A stretch of 64,000 nt of DNA from an uncultured Candidatus Saccharibacteria bacterium (GCA_964495425.1 CAZBVG010000003.1:518-64517), one strand, 5' to 3'; shown: positions 48,197 to 59,494, counted from the stretch's first letter. Notes: generated by a model not told the origin, from the letters alone. Numbers and translations: made by a program.

Positions 48197-49711
48197 TTAT
48201 TTAACGAGCATGTTTCCGGTCATTCCTTTTGGCTTTGTAATACCGAGGAGAGCCAGTATGGTTGGAGCTATATCCGAAAGTCCTCCAGACGATAGTGTGA
48301 GGGCTTTTGACGTAACAATTGCAGGTACAGGATTGATTGTGTGGGCAGTGTGCTTTTCACCAGTATGTGGATCAATGTTTACTTCGGCATTGCCATGGTC
48401 TGCGGTAACAAATGCTACACCACCTTTCTTTTCAAGTGCCGTTAGTACACGTTTGAGGTGCAAGTCTACGGTTTCGATTGCAGTAACGATTGCGGGAACA
48501 TTCGCGGTGTGACCAACCATGTCTGGGTTCGCAAAGTTTATGAATATGAAATGAGTGCCAGCATTTATTTCTTCGATTGCTTTGTCGGCAATAGCTTCTG
48601 CTCGCATTTCCGGCGCGAGATCGTGTGTTTTTACGTCTTTTCGGGAATCAAGCAGAATATGTTTTTCACCCGGGTATTTTTCTTCGATGCCACCGTTAAG
48701 GAAATACGTTGCGTGAGGGAATTTCTCTGTTTCAGCAATATGAGCTTGGGTCATATGTGCTGCTGAAACTTCTTTAGCGATGGTTGTTTCAATTGTTCGA
48801 GGAGGGAAGGCAACTTTGCAGGAGAATGTTTTGTCATATTCCGTGAGTGTTACGAAAGCAATATCTTCCTTTTGTGCCTTTTCAATCATTTTCTTTGAAA
48901 TCATGCGAGCGCGATCTGCTCGGAAATTAAAGAAGAATACGCCATCGTGCGCCTTGATTGGATAGCTTTTACCATTTTTATCCAAGAAGATGATGGGTTC
49001 GAGATGTTCGTCAAGAACGCCTTTTGCATGGAGTTGAGAAACGACTTCTGATGGAATATCGCCTGGTTTGCACACGGTTCCTTTGCATTCAAACAATGCT
49101 TCTTCGGCTTTTTTTAGGCGATCCCAATTGTTGTCTCGGTCCATTGCGTAAAAGCGCCCAGTTGCAGTAGCAATAAAGCCAACACCGATTTTTTCAAGAT
49201 CTGATTCTAGATCCTTTAGGAAGTGTGCTGAGGATTGAGGAGCCGTGTCACGACCGTCGGTATACAGATGAATCGCAATATTTCGTATACCAGCTTCTTT
49301 TGCTGCACGAACAAAGGCAACAAGATGATCTTGGTGGGCGTGCACGCCACCAGTGCCCAAAAGGCCTTTGACGTGTAGTGTTGATTTGTTTCTCTGTACG
49401 TGATTAAAAAGATCAACGAAAGCTGGAATTCTATTGAATTCACCTGAATCAATAGATTTTTTAATACGTACAAGATCTGTATCAATTACTGTTCCTGCGC
49501 CAATGGTTGTGTGTCCGATCTCAGAATTACCCATCTGTCCTTCAGGGAGTCCGACATGTAATCCTGATGCTTCGAGGAGATTGTGGGGGTATTCCTTCCA
49601 AATATGATCAAAGAAAGGTTTCTTTGCAGCAGCTACTGCGTTATGTTTTGAGTCCTCTCGATGACCCCAGCCGTCGAGGACGATCAGGACTACTTGTTTG
49701 AAGGTTTTCAT
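48197..49711 (-). CDS. gpmI: 2,3-bisphosphoglycerate-independent phosphoglycerate mutase
   Basis: VVLIVLDGWGHRE...MGNSEIGHTTIGAG; start at MKTFKQ (ORF-track 49768). Confidence 0.9.
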   Translation of the reverse strand: MKTFKQVVLIVLDGWGHREDSKHNAVAAAKKPFFDHIWKEYPHNLLEASGLHVGLPEGQMGNSEIGHTTIGAGTVIDTDLVRIKKSIDSGEFNRIPAFVDLFNHVQRNKSTLHVKGLLGTGGVHAHQDHLVAFVRAAKEAGIRNIAIHLYTDGRDTAPQSSAHFLKDLESDLEKIGVGFIATATGRFYAMDRDNNWDRLKKAEEALFECKGTVCKPGDIPSEVVSQLHAKGVLDEHLEPIIFLDKNGKSYPIKAHDGVFFFNFRADRARMISKKMIEKAQKEDIAFVTLTEYDKTFSCKVAFPPRTIETTIAKEVSAAHMTQAHIAETEKFPHATYFLNGGIEEKYPGEKHILLDSRKDVKTHDLAPEMRAEAIADKAIEEINAGTHFIFINFANPDMVGHTANVPAIVTAIETVDLHLKRVLTALEKKGGVAFVTADHGNAEVNIDPHTGEKHTAHTINPVPAIVTSKALTLSSGGLSDIAPTILALLGITKPKGMTGNMLVK

Positions 49712-49749
49712 AGGGTCTTTATTGTACAAAATTTGTGCAAAACATGTCC

Positions 49750-49778
49750 TTGACGCGTGATATGACAAGTTGTAATAT
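49750..49778 (+). promoter_or_regulatory. sigma70-like promoter (TTGACG-17nt-TAATAT)
   Basis: hexamers read directly. Confidence 0.55.
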
Positions 49779-49867
49779 TAGGAACCGAGTTAGTTCTCCA
49801 AAATCTATTCAATCAATCCAGGTTGGATAATTCAGTAAATGTTAGAAAATCGAAAGGAAATCCAGTC

Positions 49868-50332
49868 ATGTATGAAAATTCGGTTGGCTCAGAAAAGTCG
49901 CTCTTGCCTAAAGAGGCAAGGCTCGCACTCGTAAGGGTTGCTCTGAAAGAAGATGACATATTGGATCGCTTGGAGTCGGCGTCCCGTGATCCTTTTGGTC
50001 GGAATCGGCATATTGCCCATTCGATCGATAGAGAAATCCTCCGAGGTGTTGCAGACGGTGATGAGATCGATAACGAGGATCGGATCTGCAGACATACGGA
50101 AGAAAATTTTATCGAGCCAGATCAAGTCATCGAGAGCGAGGTTTATGACGTCCACGAGGAGTGTCAGTGCGTGGACAACGAGAGCTGCATGATCTGTTGC
50201 ACGCAGTTCGATCTCATGGCATTTCCTGAGCTCAAGAAAGCTCAGTGCACGCGCATTACGGAGGATGACTTCCATGTGATTGTCCCTATCGAACTCGCCG
50301 AACAGCTCGGTTTCACTTGGGATCACAAATAA
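49868..50332 (+). CDS. GC-rich hypothetical acidic Cys-rich protein
   Basis: 154 aa from ATG 49868 (AAGGA Shine-Dalgarno upstream; ORF-track TTG start 49823); HEECQCVDNESCMICCTQ cluster; no family recognised. Confidence 0.45.
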   Translation: MYENSVGSEKSLLPKEARLALVRVALKEDDILDRLESASRDPFGRNRHIAHSIDREILRGVADGDEIDNEDRICRHTEENFIEPDQVIESEVYDVHEECQCVDNESCMICCTQFDLMAFPELKKAQCTRITEDDFHVIVPIELAEQLGFTWDHK

Positions 50333-50346
50333 GTTTCCCAAAATCA

Positions 50347-50379
50347 AAGCCGCCCCTTCAGCAGGGCGGCTTTTTCTTT
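50347..50379. terminator. bidirectional intrinsic terminator (gene at 49868 / eno)
   Basis: AAGCCGCCC-loop-GGGCGGCTT then TTTTC. Confidence 0.7.
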
Positions 50380-50386
50380 CTCGAGA

Positions 50387-51700
<1,314 letters not shown>

Positions 51701-51752
51701 TTATATAGGATTTTGTGAATTGCGTAATACTTTACATGGTATACTTTTCCTT

Positions 51753-52097
51753 ATGAAAGTGTTGGCGAAAATTGCACTTAAAATGATCATTATCGGCTTT
51801 ACGATAATGGCGCTCCCTCATTTTATCTCTGGAATTTATGTCAGTGGATTCAAGTATGCGTTATTAGCCGCTTTGGGTGTTGCTCTTGTGAACTTACTTA
51901 TAAAACCGATTGTAAAATTGGTGACAATGCCGGTAAACATAATTACACTCGGACTCTTTGGTCTCATTGTAAATGCGGCACTCTTGTGGTTTGTGGCGTA
52001 TTACACGCCAGGATTTGATGTAGCAACATATCAAGCGGCATTCTTTGGTGCGCTCATTGTTTCAGCGATGAACTGGGTTGTGTCGCATCTAAAATAG
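51753..52097 (+). CDS. DUF360/phage-holin-family-4-like membrane protein
   Basis: 114 aa, 3-4 TM; ORF-track ORF 51450-52097 trimmed to the ATG at 51753 because its upstream part is antisense to the eno 5' end. Confidence 0.55.
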   Translation: MKVLAKIALKMIIIGFTIMALPHFISGIYVSGFKYALLAALGVALVNLLIKPIVKLVTMPVNIITLGLFGLIVNAALLWFVAYYTPGFDVATYQAAFFGALIVSAMNWVVSHLK

Positions 52098-52283
52098 GGT
52101 TGCGAAAGAAATAGATATAGGTATAGTAATGATGTACCTGTTACGATGGTTGTTGGTTGGAATCGCCAGGTTGTTGTCATGAGTTGCATCAGGCAACAAC
52201 CTGTTCCACTTTTGTTCTTTTTGCTCGCATAATGTAGTCATACGCACGACAAGGAGGTTTATATAACCGAATTGTAATCTATC

Positions 52284-52306
52284 GCCCCCGATCTATGATC
52301 GGGGGC
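52284..52306 (+). promoter_or_regulatory. perfect 10-bp GC-rich hairpin (GCCCCCGATC-TAT-GATCGGGGGC) 45 nt upstream of obg
   Basis: read directly; downstream is only moderately T-rich. Confidence 0.35.
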
Positions 52307-52349
52307 TGAATCTTTATTTATTCCCAATTTTGTTGTAGTTTAAAGCTCT

Positions 52350-53321
52350 ATGGCATTCGTTGATGAAGTAACATTTCATGTCCGGGCAGGTAAAGGAGGC
52401 GACGGGGTCGTGCGTTGGCTTCATGAAAAAGGAAAGGAGTTCATGGGCCCTGCCGGAGGTAATGGGGGCAAAGGCGGAGACGTCTATGTCGAAGCAATCC
52501 GAGATATCAGCATCTTGGCTGGTTATCGTAATACCAAAGTTTTGGAAGCGGGGAATGGCGGTGATGGAAATAAAAAGGGCATGGAAGGTCGTGCGGGAGA
52601 AGATCTAGTTATAAAACTTCCCGTAGGTTCCGTGGTGTACAACAACGACACCCAGCAGTCTTTTGAACTTTTAAAAGAAGGTGAAAAAGTTTTGATATTG
52701 AAAGGAGGACGATACGGACTTGGTAATGAGCATTTTAAAGCATCGACAAATCAGCGCCCTGAGCAGACTACAAATGGCCGCATGGGTGAGGAGGCAGATT
52801 TTCATGTCGTGCTTAAGCTCGTGGTGGATGCCGGTTTTGTAGGTTTTCCTAACGCAGGGAAGTCTTCACTTTTGAATGCACTTACAAACGCAAAGTCTAA
52901 GGTTGCCGCATATCAGTTCACTACACTTGAGCCATCTCTTGGTGACATGCATAAGTTTATCTTGGCGGATATTCCGGGTTTGATTGAGGGGGCGTCAGAA
53001 GGAAAGGGGTTGGGTGATAAATTCTTGAGACATATCTCCCGAACAAAAATGATTTTGCATTGTATTTCACTCGAGAACGAAAACATTGCTGAGGCGTATC
53101 ATACTATTCGAAAAGAGCTTGAAAATTATTCCGAGGAACTTGCTTCAAAAGATGAGATTGTGATTCTTACTAAAACTGATCTAGTTGATGAAAAGACACT
53201 TAAGGCAAAAGTAAAAGAAGCAAAGAAACTTAATCCAAAAGTACTATTTGTCTCTGTTATACATGATGGGCAGGTGAAGGCTCTTAAAGACGATTTGGTC
53301 AAAATCCTGCGCGAGATATAA
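52350..53321 (+). CDS. obg: GTPase Obg (short form without C-terminal extension)
   Basis: 323 aa; Gly-rich Obg-fold N-terminus, GFPNAGKSSL G1. Confidence 0.9.
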   Translation: MAFVDEVTFHVRAGKGGDGVVRWLHEKGKEFMGPAGGNGGKGGDVYVEAIRDISILAGYRNTKVLEAGNGGDGNKKGMEGRAGEDLVIKLPVGSVVYNNDTQQSFELLKEGEKVLILKGGRYGLGNEHFKASTNQRPEQTTNGRMGEEADFHVVLKLVVDAGFVGFPNAGKSSLLNALTNAKSKVAAYQFTTLEPSLGDMHKFILADIPGLIEGASEGKGLGDKFLRHISRTKMILHCISLENENIAEAYHTIRKELENYSEELASKDEIVILTKTDLVDEKTLKAKVKEAKKLNPKVLFVSVIHDGQVKALKDDLVKILREI

Positions 53322-54763
53322 TGAACGGAATGAAAACCTACAAGGCAACAATCGGCCTCGAAATACATGCTGAGCTCAAAACACAGACAAAGATGTTCTG
53401 TGACTCTAAAAACGATCCCTTTAACGCGAAACCTAATGAGCATGTTTGTCCTGTGTGTATGGGTCATCCAGGTACGTTGCCAGTTATCAACAAGAAAGCA
53501 GTGGAATCAGTTTTGCGTGTGGGAACCGCAATTGGTGCCAAACTTGCTGATTTCACCGAATTTGATCGTAAGAATTACTTCTATCCTGATATTCCAAAAG
53601 GCTACCAGCTTTCACAGTATAAATATCCTCTCGTATCAGGCGGAGAGCTTGCGGGTGTAAAAATTACTCGAGTGCATCTCGAAGAAGATACTGCCTCATC
53701 AGGTCACGATGAAGGTGATTACTCTTTGGTTGATTTTAATCGTGCGGGTGTGCCACTCATGGAATTGGTGACTGAACCCGTCATTCATTCGGCTGAAGAG
53801 GCGGGGAATTTTGGACGAGAGCTACAGCTCCTGCTTCGAACACTCGGAGTTTCTGAAGCAAATATGGAAAAGGGTGAAATGCGTGTCGAGGCAAATATTT
53901 CTGTTTCACCAACTGAAAAGTTCGGCACAAAGGTAGAGGTAAAAAATCTCAACTCATTTAAAGCTGCTGAAAAGGCAATTGAGTACGAAATTAAGCGACA
54001 TATCGAAGTACTTGAATCTGGAGGCAAGATTGAACAGGAGACGCGAGGTTGGGACGATAATAAGGGAAAGACGTTCAGTCAGCGAAAAAAAGAAGACAGT
54101 CATGATTATCGTTATTTTCCTGATCCTGATTTGCCAAAGCTTAAAATCTCAGAGATTTCTGAATTTTCATTAGAGAATCTAAAGAAAAGCCTGCCTGAGC
54201 TTCCATGGGAGAAGCGTGAACGTTATGCAAAGCTCGGTCTTAAAACGACAGATATCTATATATATGTAACGATTCCTGAGGTAGGAGGGTTCTTTGAGGC
54301 AACTGCGAAGGCTCTCGGAGACAAAAAGGAATCTATGTTCCTTGCCTCAAACTACATTTCATCAGATATTTTAGGTCTTATTAAGAAAAAGCACGGAGAA
54401 GGAAAGGAACATGAGATTGTTAAATTACCGTTTGGCCCGAAGGAATTTGCGAAACTTATTACACTCATAGAAAAGAAAACGGTGTCTTCACGCGGTGCAA
54501 AAGATATTCTTGCACTTATGTTTGAATCAGGAGGTGATGCAGAAAAGATAGCAACCGAAAAAGGTCTCACACAGAAATCAGATGAAGGTGCAATTAAAAA
54601 GATCGCGCAGGAAGTAATTGCAGAAAATCCAACCGTGGTAACTGATTACAAAAACGGTAAACAGGCATCACTCATGTTTCTTGTTGGCCAGGGGATGAAA
54701 AAATCTAAAGGTTCAGCAAACCCCGAGCTTCTTAAGGCAGCACTCCTTTCGCTCATTTCTTAA
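53321..54763 (+). CDS. gatB: Asp-tRNA(Asn)/Glu-tRNA(Gln) amidotransferase subunit B
   Basis: 480 aa; YKATIGLEIHAELKT...CPVCMGHPGTLP. Confidence 0.9.
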   Translation: MNGMKTYKATIGLEIHAELKTQTKMFCDSKNDPFNAKPNEHVCPVCMGHPGTLPVINKKAVESVLRVGTAIGAKLADFTEFDRKNYFYPDIPKGYQLSQYKYPLVSGGELAGVKITRVHLEEDTASSGHDEGDYSLVDFNRAGVPLMELVTEPVIHSAEEAGNFGRELQLLLRTLGVSEANMEKGEMRVEANISVSPTEKFGTKVEVKNLNSFKAAEKAIEYEIKRHIEVLESGGKIEQETRGWDDNKGKTFSQRKKEDSHDYRYFPDPDLPKLKISEISEFSLENLKKSLPELPWEKRERYAKLGLKTTDIYIYVTIPEVGGFFEATAKALGDKKESMFLASNYISSDILGLIKKKHGEGKEHEIVKLPFGPKEFAKLITLIEKKTVSSRGAKDILALMFESGGDAEKIATEKGLTQKSDEGAIKKIAQEVIAENPTVVTDYKNGKQASLMFLVGQGMKKSKGSANPELLKAALLSLIS

Positions 54764-55237
54764 ATGATGAAGAAATATATTTTTGCGTTGGTATGTTTGA
54801 TTACTCTTACGGTAATCGCGGTTCTGTGGACTAAACAGCCGGGAACCGACGGGAGTACTGTGTCGCCAAAAGATCTTTCATATAAGGAAATTCCTCTAAC
54901 CATTGCCTCAACTACATTTACTGCCTATGTTTCAGATACAGCAGAGCTGAGATCTAGAGGTTTAAGCAGATTTTCACCACTTAAATCGACTGAAGCTATG
55001 CTTTTCATGTTTGAAAACGAAGGAATGTGGGATTTTTGGATGAAGGATATGATATTTTCTCTCGATATGATCTGGGTTGATGCATCAAAAACAATAGTCG
55101 GGATAGAAAAGAATGTTTCTCCGAACTCATTTCCTAAAAGTTTTTCAGCGGGAACGAAATCGATGTATGTCATTGAAGTGAATGCAGGCACTTCTGATAT
55201 GTTTGGGATAGATGTGGGTGATAGGGTGATTTTTTAA
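54764..55237 (+). CDS. DUF192-domain protein, signal-anchored
   Basis: 157 aa; MLFMFENEGMWDFWMKDMIFSLDMIWVD...VIEVNAG. Confidence 0.75.
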   Translation: MMKKYIFALVCLITLTVIAVLWTKQPGTDGSTVSPKDLSYKEIPLTIASTTFTAYVSDTAELRSRGLSRFSPLKSTEAMLFMFENEGMWDFWMKDMIFSLDMIWVDASKTIVGIEKNVSPNSFPKSFSAGTKSMYVIEVNAGTSDMFGIDVGDRVIF

Positions 55238-55286
55238 TTATTTTTAAGTGGGAAATTATTTTTTGAGAAATTTTTCGGTGGGAAAA

Positions 55287-55309
55287 AATCGCTTCTAAGG
55301 CGATTTTTT
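55287..55309 (+). terminator. weak intrinsic terminator after the DUF192 gene
   Basis: AATCGC-loop-GCGATT then TTTTTT. Confidence 0.45.
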
Positions 55310-55592
55310 GTTGTGAATATCCCCAACTCATCAATTTTTCAGTTCGCGTTATATAAAAGTCCGTAAAAGACTTCAAGGACATTTCTAAAATGAGATGATT
55401 TTAAGCGACGGTATGCGTGTCGCACAAAAACTGGTTTGCCGACTGATGGATTGCATGTCATAACAAATTTTTTCTGCTCTTTAGTATTCTTTTCCCACTA
55501 CCGCTCATGTAAAATAATTGAGCGTAATTTTTTGAAAGTTTGAGAGGGAGCTCAGATAAGTATTACAAGCCTTTATAAGCATCTGTAGTTAC

Positions 55593-58376
55593 ATGAATAT
55601 TTTCATAACCAAGCGAGACGGTACAAAAGAATTGTTTAATGCAAACAAAATCAACCGCTCAATCGAACGAGCGTCTGCTGGTCTTGCTGACCCCATTTCA
55701 ATGGTGACTCAGATTGCGACAGATACTCGGCTCACCATGTACGATGGCATGACAACCGAAGAGCTCGACAAGGCGACCATTAACGCTGCTATCCAGAACA
55801 TCAAGGATGATACTGATTTTGATAAGGTGGCAACCCGACTTCTCCTTAAAACTATCTATAAGAAGGTTATTGGTGACTATGACACCGAAAATCCACAGGA
55901 TTTGGAAGAAAAGCATCGTGCGGCATTCATTGAGTATGTAAAGAAGGGGGTTACAGAAAACAGACTTCATCCTGATATGCTCAAGTATGATCTTGTAAAG
56001 CTTTCACATGCACTCGATATCTCTCGAGATGATCTTTTCTTGTATTCAGGTCTTGATGGTCTTATGAATCGATATTCGATTCGAAATGTGAAGCAGGAAA
56101 TGGTTGAAACTCCTCAGTATCTTTTTATGCGTATTGCTATGGGTCTTGCATATAACGAAGCTGATCCAAATGAATGGGCTATCAGGTTCTATAACAAAAT
56201 GTCGAAGCATGAGTATATCGCTGGTGGTTCGACAAATGTGGGAGCAGGAACGAACAGACCATCACTTTCAAACTGTTTCCTTCTTGAAATTCATGACAAC
56301 ATGGAGCATATCGCAAAATCTGTTTCAGATGTCATGCTTCTATCAAAGGGCTCGGGAGGTATCGGTGCTTCAATCACAAAGCTACGTGCTTCAGGATCAC
56401 CGCTTAAATCAAACTTCGGTGGTGTATCAACTGGTCCAACTACATTTGCGAAAATTATTGATACCGCTATCCGAGCGATACAGCGAGGAGGCAAGAAAAA
56501 GGGTGCTCTCTGTTTCTACATGGAGAATTGGCACCTAGATTTCCCTGAATTCATTGATTGGAAGCATAATGCTGGAGATGACTATCTCCGAATGAGAACA
56601 GCAAATACCGCTGCGTATTTATCTGATGAATTCATGAAGCGCGTTATTTCCGGCCAGGATTGGTACATGTTTGATCCAGCGGAAACCCCAGAGCTCAATG
56701 AGCTTTACGGCGCTAAATTCTCTGAGAAATACAAGGAATATGCAGCTAAAGCAGAACGAGGTGAGCTCAGGACGTTTAAGAAAGTTCCAGCAACAGAGCA
56801 GTGGAGACAGATTATTACTTCTCTCCAGTCTACTTCACATCCTTGGATTACCTGGAAAGATCCAATCAACCTCCGAGCGCTCAATAACAACACGGGTACG
56901 ATTCACATGTCGAACCTTTGTACAGAAATTTGTCTTCCTCAAGATAAGGACAATGTAGCGGTGTGCAATCTCATTTCAGTAAATCTCGCCGGACATATTA
57001 ATAACAAGGAGGTTAACTGGTCAAAGCTTGAAGAGTCAGTGCGACTTGCGGTCCGACAGCTCGATAACTTGATTGATATTAACAAGCTCCCGATTCCAGA
57101 GGCAGTTAAGTCAGATAAAGAAAACCGTGCAATTGGTCTCGGTGTGATGGGTTTTGCAGACGCTATTGAACAGCTTGGTATGGCGTATGACTCTGAACAC
57201 GCATGGGATTTCGCTGATCGAATCTTTGAATTCGTTTCATACATGGCAATTGATGAGTCAGCAAATCTCGCACAGACTCGAGGCGCATACAAAAATTTCC
57301 CAGGATCACGATGGTCACAAGGTATGGTTCCTGTTGATTCGATCAAGGCGCTTGAAGCAGATCGAGGTCGACCAGTTACTGTATCAAAGGAATCTCGACA
57401 TAAAGGCCTTAACTGGGATCTTCTTCGATCAAAGGTTAAGCGAGGTATGCGAAACGCAACGCTCATGGCGATCGCTCCAAATGCAAACATTGGTCTAGTA
57501 GCGGGCACAACTCCAGGTATGGATCCGCGATTCGCACAGGTATTCTCTCGAAACAAGATTTCAGGTAAGTACATGGATATCAACCATAATCTTGTGAAGG
57601 ATTTGAAGAACATGGGTATTTGGGAGAAAGTTCGAGAACAGATCATTGCAAGCCAAGGAAATATCGAATCAATTGAAGGTATTCCTCAACACGTAAAAGA
57701 TATCTACAAGACTTCATTTACTACATCTCCAATGGCCTTTATCGAAGTTGCTGCTCGTGCACAGAAGTGGATTGATCAGGCAATTTCTCGAAATATGTAT
57801 CTTCGAACCCGAGACGTTGATGAGACTATGAAAATTTATACTGCTGCATGGGAGAAGGGTGTAAAGACTACATATTATCTCCACATGGAACCACGCCATA
57901 CTGCAGAGCAGTCTACGGTTCGTGTAAACAAGGCCGAGAAAATTGGTAAGGTGGGATTTGCTGCTGTAGCTGCAGGATTGTCAGACAAAAAAGCTGCGTT
58001 TGATGTCCCACTTCAGAAATCGCTTGATATTGCTGAACCAGCACCTCTTGTAACTCCGACTGTTTCTCCAATCCTTGAAAAGGCACCAGTTCAGGAACAA
58101 TTCAAAGCACCAGAACCCCGACCAGCAACAGTTTCTTGGAATATAAATCGAATAGCATCTTCAGCACCACTCGCAGAAGTTGCAGTTGCACCAAAGGTAG
58201 AGGAGGCAAAACAGTCTGCTGGCTATCAATCACTCGCATCACTTGCTGCAGTCGCTTCATCAGGGTCTACTTTAGCTTCATCTGTTGAATCAAAGAAGCC
58301 TCGTGTTATAATCGCTGGCAATAAAACCTGTCCGACTGATCCAGCTGATCTTGCTCAGTGTGATTCATGTCAGTAA
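55593..58376 (+). CDS. nrdA: ribonucleoside-diphosphate reductase alpha subunit (class I) with ATP-cone and C-terminal CxxC tail
   Basis: 927 aa; MNIFITKRDGTKELFNANKINRSIERA ATP-cone; C-terminal CPTDPADLAQCDSCQ. Confidence 0.9.
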   Translation: MNIFITKRDGTKELFNANKINRSIERASAGLADPISMVTQIATDTRLTMYDGMTTEELDKATINAAIQNIKDDTDFDKVATRLLLKTIYKKVIGDYDTENPQDLEEKHRAAFIEYVKKGVTENRLHPDMLKYDLVKLSHALDISRDDLFLYSGLDGLMNRYSIRNVKQEMVETPQYLFMRIAMGLAYNEADPNEWAIRFYNKMSKHEYIAGGSTNVGAGTNRPSLSNCFLLEIHDNMEHIAKSVSDVMLLSKGSGGIGASITKLRASGSPLKSNFGGVSTGPTTFAKIIDTAIRAIQRGGKKKGALCFYMENWHLDFPEFIDWKHNAGDDYLRMRTANTAAYLSDEFMKRVISGQDWYMFDPAETPELNELYGAKFSEKYKEYAAKAERGELRTFKKVPATEQWRQIITSLQSTSHPWITWKDPINLRALNNNTGTIHMSNLCTEICLPQDKDNVAVCNLISVNLAGHINNKEVNWSKLEESVRLAVRQLDNLIDINKLPIPEAVKSDKENRAIGLGVMGFADAIEQLGMAYDSEHAWDFADRIFEFVSYMAIDESANLAQTRGAYKNFPGSRWSQGMVPVDSIKALEADRGRPVTVSKESRHKGLNWDLLRSKVKRGMRNATLMAIAPNANIGLVAGTTPGMDPRFAQVFSRNKISGKYMDINHNLVKDLKNMGIWEKVREQIIASQGNIESIEGIPQHVKDIYKTSFTTSPMAFIEVAARAQKWIDQAISRNMYLRTRDVDETMKIYTAAWEKGVKTTYYLHMEPRHTAEQSTVRVNKAEKIGKVGFAAVAAGLSDKKAAFDVPLQKSLDIAEPAPLVTPTVSPILEKAPVQEQFKAPEPRPATVSWNINRIASSAPLAEVAVAPKVEEAKQSAGYQSLASLAAVASSGSTLASSVESKKPRVIIAGNKTCPTDPADLAQCDSCQ

Positions 58377-58513
58377 GGGAAGTATTCTTTTACATTTGAA
58401 AGCGGGTACATACACAACACCCGCGTAAGTCGAAAGACTTTTTGCTCATACGTTATATCTTTCACGCGTAGGGGGATTTTTACCAACATTACTACATAGT
58501 TTTTAGAACAATC

Positions 58514-59494
58514 ATGCTTATCGGAAAAGCTTCTCCGGAAGATGTAAACTTGCACCCGTTAAAGTACAAGTGGGCGTACGATTTGTACAATCAGGCAGTG
58601 CGAAATACATGGTTTCCTCATGAAATCGCACTCAAAGAAGATCTCGAAGACTGGGCAAAGATGACTGAGGATGAACGACATGCCGTTAAATTCCTGATGG
58701 CGTTCTTTAACCCAGCTGAACTAATCGTGAACCGATCGATTGCTCTCGGTATTTATCCATATCTAAAGTCTCCAGAATGCCATCTTTATCTTGCAAAGCA
58801 GATGTGGGAGGAGGCAAATCACTGTGTAGCATTCGAATACGTACTCGAAACATTCCCGTTTGATCGAGAAAAGATTTACAACGTTCACCTTGAAATTCCA
58901 TCAATGCAGGCAAAGGAGGCCTACATTACGAAATACATGAAGCGAATGATGGATGACAAGCTTGATATTTCAACAGCAGATGGAAAGAAGGATTTCATTC
59001 GAAATCTTGTTGCAACAAATATCGTGATGGAGGGAATTTGGTTCTATTCAGGATTTATGGTGGCGCTTTCATTCCGTCAGCGAAATCAGCTCCGAAACTT
59101 CGGTTCTATGATTAATTGGGTGCTTCGAGATGAATCGCTTCACCTCAAGTTTGGTATGAATCTCATTCACAATATTCTTGAGGAAAATGCAGAGCTTCTT
59201 ACCGAAGATTTTGCAACAGAGATTCGAAATATCATTATTGAAGGCGTGAATCTTGAGGTTAATTACAACAAAGATCTCTTCCCGAACGGCATCTTAGGTC
59301 TCAATGCTGATTATGTAAATCAGTACGTGATGTATGTGACGGATCGACGACTCGAAGAGCTTGGTTTGCCAAAGTACTACAATGCAACTAATCCAGCAAA
59401 ATGGATGGCTACATCAACTGATGTATTCGAGCTCGTAAACTTCTTTGAGGCACAGAATACCAACTACGAAGTAGACGGGGGACACAAGAAATAG
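58514..59494 (+). CDS. nrdB: ribonucleoside-diphosphate reductase beta subunit
   Basis: 326 aa; ferritin-like di-iron motifs (MWEEANHCVAFEYV, VMEGIWFYSGF). Confidence 0.9.
   Translation: MLIGKASPEDVNLHPLKYKWAYDLYNQAVRNTWFPHEIALKEDLEDWAKMTEDERHAVKFLMAFFNPAELIVNRSIALGIYPYLKSPECHLYLAKQMWEEANHCVAFEYVLETFPFDREKIYNVHLEIPSMQAKEAYITKYMKRMMDDKLDISTADGKKDFIRNLVATNIVMEGIWFYSGFMVALSFRQRNQLRNFGSMINWVLRDESLHLKFGMNLIHNILEENAELLTEDFATEIRNIIIEGVNLEVNYNKDLFPNGILGLNADYVNQYVMYVTDRRLEELGLPKYYNATNPAKWMATSTDVFELVNFFEAQNTNYEVDGGHKK

Noticed and set aside
49889-50347. 152-aa minus-strand ORF antisense to the GC-rich gene at 49868-50332
   Set aside because: Its start would lie inside the terminator hairpin, and it has no promoter or RBS. 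The plus-strand frame has a promoter, SD and terminator. Long antisense ORFs are expected in GC-rich DNA.
55238-55592. Cobalamin riboswitch or NrdR boxes upstream of nrdA
   Set aside because: No B12-box (GCCACTG-type core) and no paired 16-bp NrdR palindromes could be recognised by eye.
56939-57646. 235-aa minus-strand ORF inside nrdA; also 44019-44510 (163 aa) spanning the murB/secA junction, 45645-46022 in secA, 1102-1539 and 1536-1847 in pyk
   Set aside because: They are entirely antisense to high-confidence conserved genes. No independent start signals.
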